A stretch of 64,000 nt of DNA from Octopus vulgaris (GCA_951406725.2 OX597816.1:97340001-97404000), one strand, 5' to 3'; positions 38,521 to 53,069 are shown, counted from the stretch's first letter. Notes: generated from the sequence alone by a model not told the origin. Translations and numbers: made by a program.

Positions 38521-40423
38521 TTAAATAGCTTTAAATTAATTGCAAATACGTCGCTAAGTATAAGCATATTTCTGCTTGAGTATGCAAGCATTTTTGTAAC
38601 ACCAAGGAAATTACTTTACCCGAAATTTGAATTTGTTTGTCGGTTAGATTGCCTAGGCTTACATCAGTTTATATAATCATATACCTAACCAAATAAATTA
38701 ACTTCAAGGTGGTTGCTAAGCTCCCCTAAAATAGAAGCTGAATTTTCTTCAAACATTTTTATGCACCTCCCGTGAAACATAGATAATGCAGGCTTGGGTA
38801 AATTAAGTCCGAGAAAGAAGCTGATACAACCAAGAAGTTTAACCATGTGAATGATCATTTCAGGCTGATGAGGAGAGGGTGCTAAATAGAAAATGATATA
38901 AAGTTTATATCCCGAAATATTTCTTTCATTAGTATAAGGGTGAGTATAAAAGAGGATGGCTGTTGCCAATCGAATATACTACTGTACTTAAAGTTGTAGG
39001 AGGAAGAAAGTATATAATGTTAGGAATTTAGACAGATATTATAAAACTTTTTCACAAATATTATCACCGCACAGTCGCACATACGTATATCAGGACAGAT
39101 ACACTCATATACAAGAAAATTATAAAAAGAAAAAAATATTCATAGTATATATAGTAATCTCATGCACATATATCTGGTTTGAATCTGTGTTTGTAAATCT
39201 GATTATAGTAGTAAAATGCATTTATTCTCTCTCTCTCTTTCTCTCTCTCAGTCATTCTTTCTCTCTCTCTCCCTTCACTCTCCATACTCCACTCTTTCCT
39301 ATTCAGCTCGAAGCTCTGCCATTTCCAGTGCTGATTCAAAGAAGAGAGAATATACCTTACGGGGATCTGTTTTTTTTCACGGATGAAATGACCATTTGTT
39401 ATGGCAAAGTCACGACATTTCTTGCGGACGGAAGATCCATTCAATGTTATATAACGGCTAAATACATACAATACACCACAGATATCAATTGCAGCGTCTC
39501 AAATTATTCCTATCTTTTCTTTCTCTCTTATTTGTGGTTGTGTTGTTTTGCAACTAGCGTTGTAGTTGTATCCCGCCATGATAAACGTATTATCAATTCA
39601 CAAGAGACTGTGAAGATGCTTCAGTAAAAAACCCACAGGAATGAACGTAAAATCTTCTTGTATTGTTGTGTTTATTTTAACTATTTTCCCGTATATCTGT
39701 CTCATTGGTTACTTCACCTTTTCAACGATTTTTCAACATAATACGTAGGTATATATGGCAATAAAACTACAAAAAATATATAATGCATGATCTAAAATAT
39801 ATCTTAATTTCCATAACATTAAATATTATAGATTTAGCATGAAGTAGCAAATTTATGGAGTAATGTATAATAGTCGATTACGATTACTGTATTCCTTGAA
39901 TGATATCTGCTGTATCCACCACAGAACAATGAAAAATAAAGTGAATGTGGGATTTGAAAACCAAAATTAAAGACACTGAATTACTAGAAGGCTTTTAGAG
40001 ATTCTGTGAACCATTTCTCTAGCATATGGTAATCATGTCTAATATAGGTATAATGTTAGGTATTGAAAGAAGGTACAATCGATTAGAACAATTCCAGCAC
40101 TGAGAGACTCCATGGAAACAAATGTCATTAGCTTAATGCATGAAACGCACCTGAATGCAAAAGAAAGCAAGTCATCAATGATCTGGTTCTCCAAGCCATA
40201 AATTATTATATTCTTAAACGATAAGATATGTGAAGTTACCTGCTTTTTAAAATTTAGAATAGGGATAATTACGATCTGGAAAATAGCACTACTACGACAG
40301 CCTTTATATTACTCTTAGATTTAAATAGATTAGAAAAGACGAAACCCAGAACGAAACAGTGCATGTTTCCAAGGCGAACACCACTGTGTTCAATTATCTA
40401 ATAAAAACAACATTATGGGAAAA

Positions 40424-40444
40424 TAATAATAATAATAATAGTGG

Positions 40445-40513
<69 letters not shown>

Positions 40514-40540
40514 CGACGAAGATGATGATAAGAATAAGAA
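40424..40540. repeat. (AAT)n(GAT)n microsatellite
   Basis: Direct inspection. Confidence 0.95.
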
Positions 40541-40559
40541 TAAAAATCTAAGTCCCGCA

Positions 40560-43430
40560 TAATATTTATGTGTTACTTAGGCGGATCAATGGAGAGTAAA
40601 TCAAGGAACAAGTAAAGTCAATAATGTATCAGAACACATTGAAAGAATGAACATCTGACAAACAAATAAACACACGAAGACTGTTGCAGAACGGGTGGGA
40701 CTGAAGATGAATGAGAACAGAACCTCTAAGAACCGAAAAGGAAATAAACAACCTTGGTGGAAACAGAGAAAATCAGAAGCTATGCGCTCTTTGAACAGTG
40801 CAGTGTCAATACTTGACAGAGATAGAAAAGGTGTATTGAAGAGCGATCGCAAATTTCAAAAACTGAAGAAGTACGAAATGGTATAAAAAAGTACCCGGCC
40901 TAGTTCTGTAGCGCGCCAACAGATGGCAGCACAGTGTTGCATGCACAATGAGAGTAAGCAGTGACATTTATGAGGCAGTGTGCTGAGTGAGATCGCAGTG
41001 TTTGCTTCACAAGTTGTGAAATTTGTGTTTTGGTGATCACACGTATACTGTAGTCTGCGACTTTGTCATGGACGGGAAGTTGAAACATAGAGCTAACGTG
41101 AAATTTTGCGTTAAACTTGGGAAGTCTGCTACAGAGACATTCAGCTTGCTTCGACAAATTTACAGTGACGAGGCAAAGGGTGGTATGCAGTGTTTCGAGT
41201 AGCACGGGCGCTTCAAAAAAACGGCAAAACGTCCCTGGAAGACGATGAGCTACCAGGGAGAACAACCACCAGTGTTACCCTCGGAAATGTGGAGAAATTT
41301 TACCAGCCTCTGCTTGAGGATTGTCGGAGAAAAGATCAACGACATTGCTGAAATTGTTCGCCTGTCGTATAGGTCCGTGCAGTCACTCCTGACGTCTGAA
41401 ATGAACTTGCGGCTTGTCTCTGCCGAGTTTGTCAGCTGACCACTGAGCAGAAAGAACATTGCGCCAAAGTCTGTCAAGATTTCCGTCAGTATGTCGCTGA
41501 TGACCCATCCTTCATATCAGGGATCACCGGTGAAGTCAGTTGTGTCTATGGATACGAACTTGAGACGAAGTAGCATTTGTCTCCATGATCGAAGAAGGCA
41601 TTACAGAACCGCAGCTCAATCAAGAGCATGCTCATCGTTTTTTCAACATCCGCGGTATTATGCATCAAGAATCCTCCCCCTCTCAGGGCCAGACCGTCAA
41701 TTGAGAGCCCTTCTGCGACATTTTAAAGCGTTTCAAGGAGTACATTCGACGAAAGCGACCGGATCTGTGAAGCACGAAGAACTGAATTCTTTACCAAGAC
41801 AATGCACCCTGTCACCGAGCTCTTCTCACTCAGGCGTTTCTCGCCGAAAACATGGTATAACTTCCGCACACACCCTATTCGTCAGAGTTTGCACCTGCAG
41901 ACTTACATCTCTTCCCCAAGAGGAAAATGCAACTGAAAGATACCAGTTTTAACACCGTTATCGAGATGAAGAGCAAATCTCAGGAAATCCACGACTCGCT
42001 TGCGAAAAACGATTTCCAGGCCCCATTCCAAAAGTGGCAGGAACGCTGGGACCGGTGTATTGCAGCGCAAGATAACTATTTCGAAGGAGATGATGTTGAA
42101 ACTTAGGTAAATAAGTTAGTTTTTTATTAAACGTAACTAGTCCGGAGCACTTTGATACCACCTCGTATGGTGTTGATATAAAGGACTGAATATTGTGATT
42201 GAAGAACAGGAGCAGCGCATACTTGTCAAAAAAGCAAAAGTAACTAGTTCTGAGTAACGGATTAAGCAATGCCAGTAAAACAGATCGTTTAGAAACGACC
42301 AAAAAGATTACCATTTGGAAGATTAGATGAAATTCGACAGTTTTGAGGGGTGATATGAAGTAAGCAAGAACAACATAATACATGAGCTGAATAGCTCTGA
42401 AGTCGGAAGCAAAGAGCTTCTTATCCTCAGTAAGAAGCTATCCTCTTTACAGAGAGCAACGTTAGGAATATGCGCAGAAAGATGAATAATTAATCAACAG
42501 CAAAACCTGATGGTATACACGGATTTGATATAAAAATGTTCAGTGGATGCCATAAATTGATTGGAGAGTAATTTAATGAATTGGTTGACGACGGAGGAGA
42601 AGAAATTCCAGGGTGGCTGACCAAAGGAGGAATGGTGTTGTGTTTGAAGGATGTGTCGAAAGAAAATACTGCCGACAATTACAGGCTAAATTCTTGCCTT
42701 CCATAATATGGAAGTTTACTGTCAGGAGGCCTTGCAGAAAAATGTGTAACTTTCTTGATGACAAGGACATTTTACCAATGGAATAAAAAGGTTGTTGGGG
42801 AAATGTAGAAGTACAAAAAGACCAATTATTGATAAACAAAATAGTAATGCAAGATTGTAAATGATGGAGGTCAGATTTGGGAATTGCCTCGATTGAACGT
42901 ATGATACAATTCCACATTCGCTGATCATTGAGTGCTTGGATGTGTTTGGAATTCCAAGATATGTAACATGTTCTCTGGTGAGAAGTATCGAGGCTTATAA
43001 GACTGTGTTGACATCGCACGGTCAAAGCTTGGTCACCCTGGGTATCAAGAGAAGGATTTTTGCAAAGTGATAACTTACTTCCGTTGTTTTTTTTTTGTTT
43101 TTTTTTTTTGTAATTTGCATGTTTCCTCTGAACTTGGTGTTGATGAAAAGGAAGCTCGGATACCAGCTCAAGGTTAAAAACACAAAGAATCAATAATTTC
43201 TTCATAGAGGATTTGTTGCTGTATGGCAAGGATGAGGTACAAGGGAATTCTTTGGTGAAAACTGACCACTGCCTTAGTGCTGATATTAATCTGAAATTCA
43301 AACACAAGAAATATGTTGTAACGAGTCTAAAAAGTGGCAATGAACAGGCCCTGGCAAGGAGAGAATTACCAAATTGAGAAGTAATGAAACAAATTGAAAA
43401 GGAAGGATATAAGTACCTTGGTATATAAAG
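40560..43430 (+). mobile_element. Decayed R4/Dong LINE split by a mariner insertion
   Basis: [51 protein letters not shown] motifs; coding continuity restored across the mariner TA site. Confidence 0.8.
40874..42165 (+). mobile_element. Full-length decayed mariner transposon (about 1.29 kb) with TIRs and TA TSD
   Basis: ta|cgaaatggtataaaaaagtacccggcctagtt ... aactagtccggagcactttgataccacctcg|ta; MDGKLKHRANVKFCVKLGKSATETF from 41068, ITGE, YQDNAPCH, PYSSEFAPAD; many frameshifts. Confidence 0.92.
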
Positions 43431-44056
43431 GAAATTTGTAATTCAAATCCTTAAGTCCAGTCGCATCAAGCGACAGCTCTTGCGTTTATGTGTGTATGTG
43501 TCGGAAAAAACATATTTACTAAGATAGAAGTGTGCTATAAAATTATAAATTATAAATTATCTTTTACATACCTTTTTAAAAAAATTGCTCTGTTGCTCAA
43601 CTGAAATTTATTGCAAGTATATTTACACGCGCACACACACACACACACACACGCACAATCTCTCTCTCCCTCACTTTCTCTTTCTAACATAAACACACAC
43701 AGACACACACAGAGTGTGAGCGATATACCTTTATAGGGAGTGAGAACATTTACCAAAAGAAAATCAAAGAGACAGACAAATGTGACAGATTTTGAAACTT
43801 TAGAATCGAGGGAAATTTGCCATATTTTTGTACTTTTGAACGCTGAATCTGAGTTTTTGATTCATTTATTCCAGCAATTGAAAATTTGATCATTTTAAAT
43901 TAATAAAAAAAAAACAGCATTTGTGCGTAATAACTGTCAGAAAATGAAAGTAAACATAGAAATAGAAGTTGAAAAAAATGAAATCTACGCGTGCGAATTA
44001 ATTGTTTAAAGTTGATGGGATCCTGTTTCTCTTTAATCAGTTTTAGGACAATGTTA

Positions 44057-44128
<72 letters not shown>

Positions 44129-44384
44129 CTTGTATTACGATTTAATAAATATAGTCATAATTAAGTTCCCCAAAATTTAGAAATAGTCTAATTTTTATAA
44201 CCAGAGAAGCACTAGTTAATTCCTTTATCATGAGAATACGTAAGGGTCATCAAACACAGGACAAACTGCTGTTGGTTTCACCATGAAAATGTGAGAACAA
44301 ACATCTTTATTTAAATGTAGCAATTGTCATTTCAAAATAAGCACGAAGAAAAAAAAGATGGGAAATAGTTGCATATTAGCATTA

Positions 44385-44595
44385 ACGGTTTAAACTTTGT
44401 CCACATGGTCGGAAATTATAAGGTGAGTGGTGTAGTCGATTCATCGACTACAATTGCAGCTTATTGTATTAGCTTGGAAATGAACGGAAAGCAAAGTCGT
44501 CCTCGGAGGAATATGATTTCAGAATGTAGGGCCGGGAAAACTGTCGCTCTGCATCTTGCCGGGCGAGCTAAATATTCCACCAGTTCATCGCTTTC
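44385..44595 (-). mobile_element. SINE family C, diverged
   Basis: gcaaagtcgtcctcggagga...gccgggcgagctaa...ccaccagttcatcgc. Confidence 0.6.
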
Positions 44596-44604
44596 TAAAT
44601 AAAT

Positions 44605-44925
44605 ATTAGGTCGTCAATAGCATCTTGGAAGGCCTGTTTTACTGTATCGTCTGAATTACATTTTTCCCTATCAAAAGGTTATCCAAATTCTGGGAGAAGT
44701 TGTAACTAGTGTGAGCAAGATCTGGTGAGTATGGTGGATGATGGAGAACTTCCAACTCCAACTGCTGTAGTTTCGCCAATGTCATTTTTTACGATGTGTA
44801 GTTTGTCGTTGTCTTGCAATAAAACAGAAGCGGATCTGTTGACTAATCTAAGCTGGGTTTTTTTGTAAGATTCTGCATCATTTGGTCCAGTGGACTGCAG
44901 TATACTTCGGCTGTGATTGATGAGA
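44605..44925 (-). pseudogene. Mariner transposase C-terminal remnant
   Basis: LVNRSASVLLQDN, then after a frameshift KLQQLELEVLHHPPYSPDLA. Confidence 0.85.
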
Positions 44926-45212
44926 CAGATTCTCTCTCTCACTCTCTGGGTGTATGTGTGTGTGTGTGTATGTGCGTGTGTATATATGTATATAGACATA
45001 TCCTTATTTTTAATTGTCTGTAAATGACTTATTCGCGGCAAAGTTTTCACAACTCGCTTGACCAAAATATGATATCTTTGATCCCTTTGATGGTATTGAG
45101 TACTTTTCTTTCCAGCAGTCAGCACAGAATTGATTCACACATATGCGAGGAAGATTAAAAAGTTATGCGTTAAACATTAAAAAATAACGAATAAAGATAT
45201 GTATGTGTGTGC

Positions 45213-45257
<45 letters not shown>

Positions 45258-46082
45258 CACACAAATATATGTATATATATATACATACGTACATACATAC
45301 AAATATATATTTTATATTATATATTTATTATATTACACACACACACATATAGATTAGTTTTTTTTTAATCGGCTGTTCTGCTGGATTTGCAAGAGAAAGA
45401 ATCTTTGCTGTAAAATATTACTCTTTCTCACTTTCGTTCTTAAAACAATCCCAAAATGACATATTCCTTTTTCTGCATCTCTTTTTAATAATTTAATTTT
45501 TAATATGTTTTCAGCGATGGCACTGTTTCAGAAAATCGGTTTCCATCATCACTGTGAATTGCTCTCGGGATTTAAATATATATTTTACAAGATGATATGC
45601 ATATAAAATACCTGAAATTATACTCTATTCTTTGGGTCATAGAGAAAAATTAAAATAAAAGTACTTGGAATATATGTGTAAAAAGTGTTAACCCAGCTTG
45701 ATTTATTTCATAACAGGCCTTTATTTTTTGAATTAGCTCTGTGTATAACTTATCTGTTATGATTCTCTCATTTAAAGCAGACTGGTACATTGTAAGACAA
45801 ATAATGTAGGAAATGCAGTAAAATATGTTCAACCATATCTATATTTATTATATACCTTATAATGACTGTGATTGCAAATTCATTAAAGATAGCACTCGCA
45901 AGTAATTAATACAAAGAAACACTTGTCTGAGGTACGAGTGCCAAATTGCGCTATCACGATTTGATATTATTTGAATGGCCATATTTTCACGTTTTCATAC
46001 AAATTTGTGCTAGAGCTAAATAATAAAATAATAAAAAAAAATAACTTCCAATAAATTATTTTGAACACACTTGTAGCTAACT

Positions 46083-46452
46083 GGTGCAGGGCATGGCTGG
46101 AAGTAAAAGGTTTGCTTCTGAACTACATGATCTAAAATTCAGTCCTAGTAAGTGGGCCTGGGAGAGAGTCTCCTACTATAGGAGACAGGCTCACCAAATT
46201 ACCGTTATGGATTTGCTAGATTGAAAGAAGTTCACCGAATGTATACAAATATGTATGTGTAAGTTTATCTTTGTGTTCGTCTCTCACTATCGCTTTACAA
46301 CAAGTACTATTTCATTCAGGTTCTCCTCAGTGTCTCGGTAACTAGTACTAGACTTAAAATAAGTACTAGACTTAAAAGAAAATAATTAGGTTTCGAATAA
46401 AAAGGTCAAGGTAGTGCTCGAGCATGCCCAATAACTGAAATGAGATAAAAAT
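46083..46452 (+). mobile_element. Old SINE family A copy
   Basis: Diverged head, ctactatag, gaaagaag, aataagtactagactta, gtgctcgagcatg. Confidence 0.55.
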
Positions 46453-46901
46453 ATACGAAAGTGCGACCTTGTTAACAGCCTTGTTGTCCTGTTGCTTTTA
46501 GGCATTTTCTTAAAGAGTACACGTATTTTTAGAATATTCAAGAAACATATATGTTCATTCAAAGAACAGACACAGCTAGATACACCGTTGAAAATACACA
46601 TTATCGAAATCGACGCAAGATGTTCTTTCACATTACGGAGACATATGCACTTATATAATGTACAGTACTGGAGAATGTTCACGGAATATGAAACTTATTT
46701 CACATCTGTAGTGTGAGAAAGTACATTCACGTTACATCAAAAAGTGGTGTAAAATAAAGCACAGCCAGCATGCAAAGTAGCTTGAAGCATGCCTCTCTGA
46801 ATATGTATTTATATATGTGAATATATCACATCACATATATACAGATGAGTGCTCGCAAACACACATGAACATACATAGGTACAAAGATATACATATATAT
46901 T

Positions 46902-46962
<61 letters not shown>

Positions 46963-47015
46963 GTTTAAATATTTGTTGTGCAAGATTTTTTATGTGAAGT
47001 CGTGTGTTGAAACAG

Positions 47016-47193
47016 ATATTGTTATATTTCGGAATGGTCATATACAAAAAGCACACGAAAGAACTCTGGCCGAAATAAGATTAAGATTAATGTAAAAAAT
47101 AACTATCACTGAAGCAAAATAACACCAAATATATAGTGCGTGTATTTTTATTGGCTAAACTGGCAATATGACCATTCCGAAATATAACAATAT
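47016..47193. repeat. Perfect 28 bp inverted repeat (47016-47043, 47166-47193) between (TA)n tracts
   Basis: atattgttatatttcggaatggtcatat and its reverse complement. Confidence 0.9.
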
Positions 47194-47291
47194 GTATATA
47201 TATATATGGATATATATATATATATATAAATATGTATATATATGTATATATATATATGGATATATATATATATATATAAATATGTATATAT

Positions 47292-47339
<48 letters not shown>

Positions 47340-47393
47340 GGATATATATATATAATCTGAACGTACATATGTGTATATATATATTTATATATT

Positions 47394-47440
<47 letters not shown>

Positions 47441-47725
47441 ATATGCACATGCGTAAGTGACATGTGCACGGACACGCCGCCACCATTTCAACTGCCGTCT
47501 TTATTTTGATATCTGACAACTTGAAATCTACAGAGTATGTATGAATATCTGACAAATTGACTGTTCTGATTTTATACATACATACATGCATATATGTGTG
47601 TCCGTGTCCGTATGTGTGAGTATGTCTTCACGTTTGTGTTTGTGTGAGTGTATATGTGCGTGCCTGTATATATATATATATAATCAATAAATTGTGGGGT
47701 TGTGTTGACCGCACGTGGAGAAATG

Positions 47726-48177
47726 ATAGGCAAGGAAAAATTATAAAAAGGCAGAATGCTAAATTTAAGGAAAATTTTAATGAAAATGGGTGTATGGAAA
47801 AATTAGAAAAATTAATAAAAATATATATATATATTAATTCAAACCGGTTTTCGACACAATGTGACTTTTCAAGAATTGTAAATTGAAAAGAAAAAAAAAA
47901 TTACGTTTGACGAGGGGGAAAAAAGAAAATTACATTGCCTTTTGCAAAAAAATAATAATAAACATATACAAAAATTAGAATGTAGGTCCACCGATACATT
48001 GTAAAGTCTTTGTGTATCTCGAGTTTAATGATAGTTCTTGAAAAATTACCTTGGAGGATTGAGATCCATGTGATTAAATCCATGTGCTGTTTAATTTAAT
48101 TAAATTAAGGATGTATGTTCATTTTCATTAAAATTTTCCTTAAAGTTAGCATTCTGCCTTTTTATAATTTGTCCTTG

Positions 48178-48182
<5 letters not shown>
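47726..48182. mobile_element. Module with 63 bp terminal inverted repeats and a degenerate hammerhead on the minus strand (47836-47877)
   Basis: 47726-47788 vs 48120-48182 with two mismatches; aattc TTGAAAA gtcac att gtgtc GAAA accggt TT gaatt. Confidence 0.75.
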
Positions 48183-48260
<78 letters not shown>

Positions 48261-49329
48261 GCAATGCGTTGACAGATGCACTTATGAAAATTTGAAAAGT
48301 GGCGCTAATACAAAGTATTTGGGGAGTGTATATGTATGTAAACAATAAGCAATAGACGGGAAGTGAAAAGTGTAATTGTAATGAATGATGTTAATAAGTA
48401 TGACTGATTGCAAGTGAGTGTTAAACGGTATAAAATAACAGTAGTAACACATATATGCTGATCTAGATTTACAGTCTTACACAAATGCTTACTCACGTGA
48501 GTGAATCCTTTAAAAACTCTTCTTGTATTTCAATAAAATCTAAATAATATATATGAACTTTATTGACATACACCAAATACGGCTTAGCAGTGTCAACATC
48601 ACTTATGAAAACTACTTTCAACACATGCCATTCAACATACACTGATGAAATTTGAAACTTTGATAGAAATATCAGATTTAACTCGTGTACATCACAATCT
48701 TCCTAAACTATTTATTTTTGCATATTTTACTGGAAGCTCTTTAAGGATTACTTAGTAGGGAATCGTAAACGCAGGCCAATTAAACTCTTGAACAGAATAA
48801 ATAAGGTGTAATTGGCAAGAATATAGACATCGCTCTAAAGGCTTGGGTAGGGAAATAATGATCATAACACAACGAAATAGATGCAGCGTAACCGTCAAAA
48901 TTGAAAGCAAGTTAATTGTAGTAATGCTCAGTTTAATATTTTATTGTTCTCATTAATCTCAATGAATTTGCAAGTTCTAAAGTTCATTAAGGATTACGCT
49001 ACCATAAAAAAGGGTTATTAGGTTAAGATTATTTTGAAATCAAGAAAGTAAATTTTGTTATTCATAAGAATCATGGTATGCAGCCCCCGACAATCAATTC
49101 GATGACAATTGATTAATTTGCAGCTTGTGAGTATGTGTTTGAGTGTATGAGTGTGTATTTGTGTGCATGCGTATCTGTATATAAGAAGGAATAAATATCT
49201 CTTGTATGCGTATAAATCTCTGTATACTTGCGTTTATTATTGTAATTTCCTTACTTTATATACAAATGCAAATCCTGCAAGGTACGTAACTCAAAGCTAG
49301 AACTTGGATATCATATCCAAATTCTGGAA

Positions 49330-49560
49330 AGTTACACGTTGAATTGTAGAGTAGTCTTGCATATTTTTACAATTCCAATTATAGATTTGTATTTGCAAAA
49401 CCCATGCTATCTGGTCTCTATGTCTAAAAATCCAGCATTTTGAGATGAAGAATCATCAGTAATTATATAGCCCAAACCACCAAAAATTACAGGCACAAAT
49501 GTGAAGTTAGAATCTGGAAAGCTTATCGGTAAGTTTCGAGGCAATTAACGGATATTACCT
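49330..49560 (-). pseudogene. R4-type RLE LINE C-terminal remnant
   Basis: FTFVPVIFGGLGYI...LQIQ..IGIVKICKTTLQF. Confidence 0.5.
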
Positions 49561-49847
49561 CTTGTTTATATGTAAAATAAAATTCTCACCTATAGGAGAA
49601 CTGATTATTTTAACTCTCTATAATTTTCTTTTCTTTTCTGTCCAAGACAATTTTATCAGACCTGTTACCTTAGTTACTGGCAAAAGTCATAATGGAAATA
49701 TTCCAGTATCCCACCAATATTACTTGGTTTGAAACGTATTTACACAACAGAGGAATTATATATTCTATGTTTATCCCAGTATAGTATTTTATAGGAAGAA
49801 TAATTCATATTCTTTTAGCAACAAAATTCAGTTTTTCCGTGTAGGCC

Positions 49848-49879
<32 letters not shown>

Positions 49880-50384
49880 TGTATGTATGTATGTATGTAT
49901 GTATGTATGTATGTATGTATGTATGTGTGTGTGTATGTATGTATGCGTCTATGCATATAGTTATAAAGGGTTGCATTTATAGGTATTTATCACCTAAGCA
50001 AAAATGGGTTAAATTTGTTCAAACATGTGGCAAAATCTGACATTTGCTGTGATTGATGTTAGTACTTGAATTGAATCTTTCTTCCCTCATTTATGATCTG
50101 CAGACTCAAGAAACATATAAAAATGTCAATAAGTCACTGAGAATTGATAACTTTACAATGGTTCTGTGAACATTGTTACACTGATTCGCACAAACTTTTT
50201 TTGGATTTGATATGTTTTCTTTACGATCTAGCTCCAGCTGAAACCATCACGAGCATATATGGTGAGGGTAGGGTGAGGAATAGATATAGTTCAATAATGG
50301 TTACAAGAAATTCTTTGCCTGCATAGTGACCACTTTTTAAATATTATAAAGTTATTGATACTGATGGTGTCGATGATAACGATA

Positions 50385-50422
<38 letters not shown>

Positions 50423-50454
50423 AATAATAATAATAATAGTAATAACAGTAATAT

Positions 50455-52766
50455 GAAAAGATTCGAAAACGACATTTCCACAAAAAGCTTATTTGGCAAG
50501 AGCGTATTCAACTCCAAATTCAGTTACTCAGGTCTTACACAGAATGCTTAAAAAAACCTTAACTTTGACAAGAATATCAAACCAACAAAAATCCAAAACA
50601 TCAAAGCAAAAGTATAACATGAAGACTATACTTGACATCGATACTACCACAGGAACTATCAAGCGAAAGTATGTGCTGAAGCTGCCCGCACAAAGCATAG
50701 TATGAAAAATGCGTTAGACAACATGTTAGAAAATCACACAAAAAATTTTTTTCCACTAAGATAAGGAAAATACCAGTTACAGTAAAGTCTGTCCCATCAA
50801 AAGAAGAGGTGCAGGAATTTTGGAATTTAATTTAGGCAGAAAGAAAAAGCATATACTAAAAAGCTCTTGGATTGATAGAATATCTACTGACTTAGACTCT
50901 TTAGAAGAGCAAAAGTGGGAGGGTATCAATGTAGGGGATATAATATCTGCTTTCAGGAAGTCAAGCAAATGGAAGTGTCCAGGAAAGGATACAATTACTA
51001 ACTTCGGTTTGAATGCCTTCCCAGAGAGTCATGAACTGCTAACAAAAGTTTACAACAATGTTTTGCGACAACCTAGTACGATTCCCTCTTGGCTAGTGAG
51101 TGGTGTTACATTTCTACTTCCAAAAATGAAGAAACAAATGAACCAAAAGATTATAGAACCAAACCTACTAAACAGTAATGTATAAAATACTAGCATCTGT
51201 CTTCCCTGAATGCACCTATAGTTTTTAAATAGAAAGTGGCATCTTCCATAATGAGTAAAAAATGTTAACGTTGGTCCTATGGTAGTAAAGATCAGCTACT
51301 CATCAATAAGAGGATCTTGGAAGATTGTCACAAACAACACAAAATCTTGTCGACAGCCTGCATAGGCTATAAAAGGCTTCTAATAGTCTACCATATAATT
51401 GGATTGAGAAATGTCTGGAAATTTATAAAATAGCACATATTCTGTGAAACGTCTTGTCTGTAAGTATGGAATAATTGAGAGCCACTCTGAATTTGAATTG
51501 TGATTATGAATCTCTCTAAGAATGTCATGTAAGAATATCATGTGGCATTTTCCAGGGTGATTCCATATTAGACTCCTCTTTTGTCTAGTTTTAATACCTC
51601 CCTCGATATTGCTCGTTGATGTACAATATGGCTATACAAGAAAACATCATACTCAGTAAAAACAAGCAAAGAGATACCTAAATGAATTCCAAATACAAAA
51701 AGTCCCTGACGAAGATGTACTGGAAAACATGCACAGAAAAAGCTAAGCATATGAAGACCCGTGCTAAAACTGCTGCCTTAGATATTCTTATTGGTAAATG
51801 GCAAGAAAATGGCAAAGAGAGCTAATAATACCGGTGTTGAAAAAGCCCTTACTCATCAATGGTTAGTGTCTGCTGGCTTAAAATCAGAGACAGAACGGTT
51901 TATCATAGCAGCCCAAGATCAATGGCTACCTACAAGGAGCTACTAGGCCAACATATTAAAGAACGGTAGTTGCCCAACGTGTAGTGTATGTAAACAACAA
52001 AATGAAACCATCTATAATCTTGTTTCCATGGGCAGTCTTCTTGCGCCAACGAAGTTTCACAACAGGCACAATAGAGCAGTACAGTATATTCACTGGGTAA
52101 TTTGCAAAACCTTGGACCTGCCCCATGATAAAAACTGGTTGGAACACAAACCACCTCCAGTCCTTGAAAACGACAACATCTCACTCCTCTGGAACTTCAC
52201 CGTTCACATTGATAAAAAGATAGATGCGAATAGACTAGACATTGAAGGACTTCTGACAAAAATTATGCTTCCTCATTGATATGACAGTCCCAACTGAGAT
52301 AAATGTATATCAAGACCTACCAAAAACTGAGTAAGTATAAAGATCATGAAATAGAAATTGGAAAATGTTGAACCTCAAGACAAATACAATAGCTGTTGTC
52401 ATAGGAACCCTAGGAATGATAGCAAAAGGGGCTGATTGCTATTAGTTCAGATAACAGGAAATCCTAAAATAGCAGAGATTCTAAAAATAGTAGAGCTCAT
52501 GGAAATTGTCCATATCCTACGTAAATTACTGTCTATGTAAGCTTAAATTATAAGACAAACTTATAATTTTCTTGTGTTTTTTAAACATTCTCTAGAACAA
52601 TACTTTGTGCAAAACCAAGTTTATGGCATAATACCATAATACTAACCTGTCATAATACCAACTTGAACTACTAACTTGTCTCGTGAGGTCTCTCGGGGAG
52701 ACTTGGAGTCCAGTTATGCAAATACAAAGCAAAAGTCAAGCATATAATAATAATAATAATAATAAC

Positions 52767-52838
<72 letters not shown>
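50455..52838 (+). mobile_element. Second R4/Dong family LINE, internally deleted, with (TAA)n tail
   Basis: KWKCPGKD, IPSWLVSGVTFLLPK, GIFQGDS, GLKSETERFIIAAQDQ, CSVCKQQNETI, LLWNFTVHIDKKIDANRLDI; begins after a (GAT)/(TAA) tract. Confidence 0.88.
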
Positions 52839-52839
<1 letters not shown>

Positions 52840-52955
52840 TGCCTGGTAATGTGCCTGGAGTACCCTTATCAGACGGGTGGTCATGATGGGTATACTGAGC
52901 TTCGTATATTTTACCCCACTGTCACTTTGATGACATGCACTGCTTTCTCTCACGC

Positions 52956-53006
<51 letters not shown>
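52838..53006 (+). mobile_element. 5'-truncated retroposon 3' end with (TAA)n tail, inserted in (TAA)n
   Basis: About 118 bp unique sequence between two (TAA)n arrays; 12 bp duplication taatgtgcctgg at the 5' junction. Confidence 0.6.
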
Positions 53007-53010
53007 TAAG

Positions 53011-53069
53011 GCGGCTGGACGTGACAGCGGTTGGACGTGACAGTGGCTGGATGTGACAGCGGCTGGACG
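53011..53069. repeat. GC-rich 16 bp minisatellite (gcggctggacgtgaca, about 3.7 copies)
   Basis: Direct inspection. Confidence 0.9.

Noticed and set aside
39187-39627. 146 aa ORF with a pyrimidine tract and AG at 39306 as a candidate exon
   Set aside because: No recognisable domain, N-terminus is a CT repeat, and no partner exons found
42573-43340. 255 aa minus-strand ORF
   Set aside because: Antisense shadow of decayed LINE RT; no recognisable motifs
53011-53069. 16 bp repeats as a CRISPR array
   Set aside because: No spacers, eukaryotic context, no cas genes
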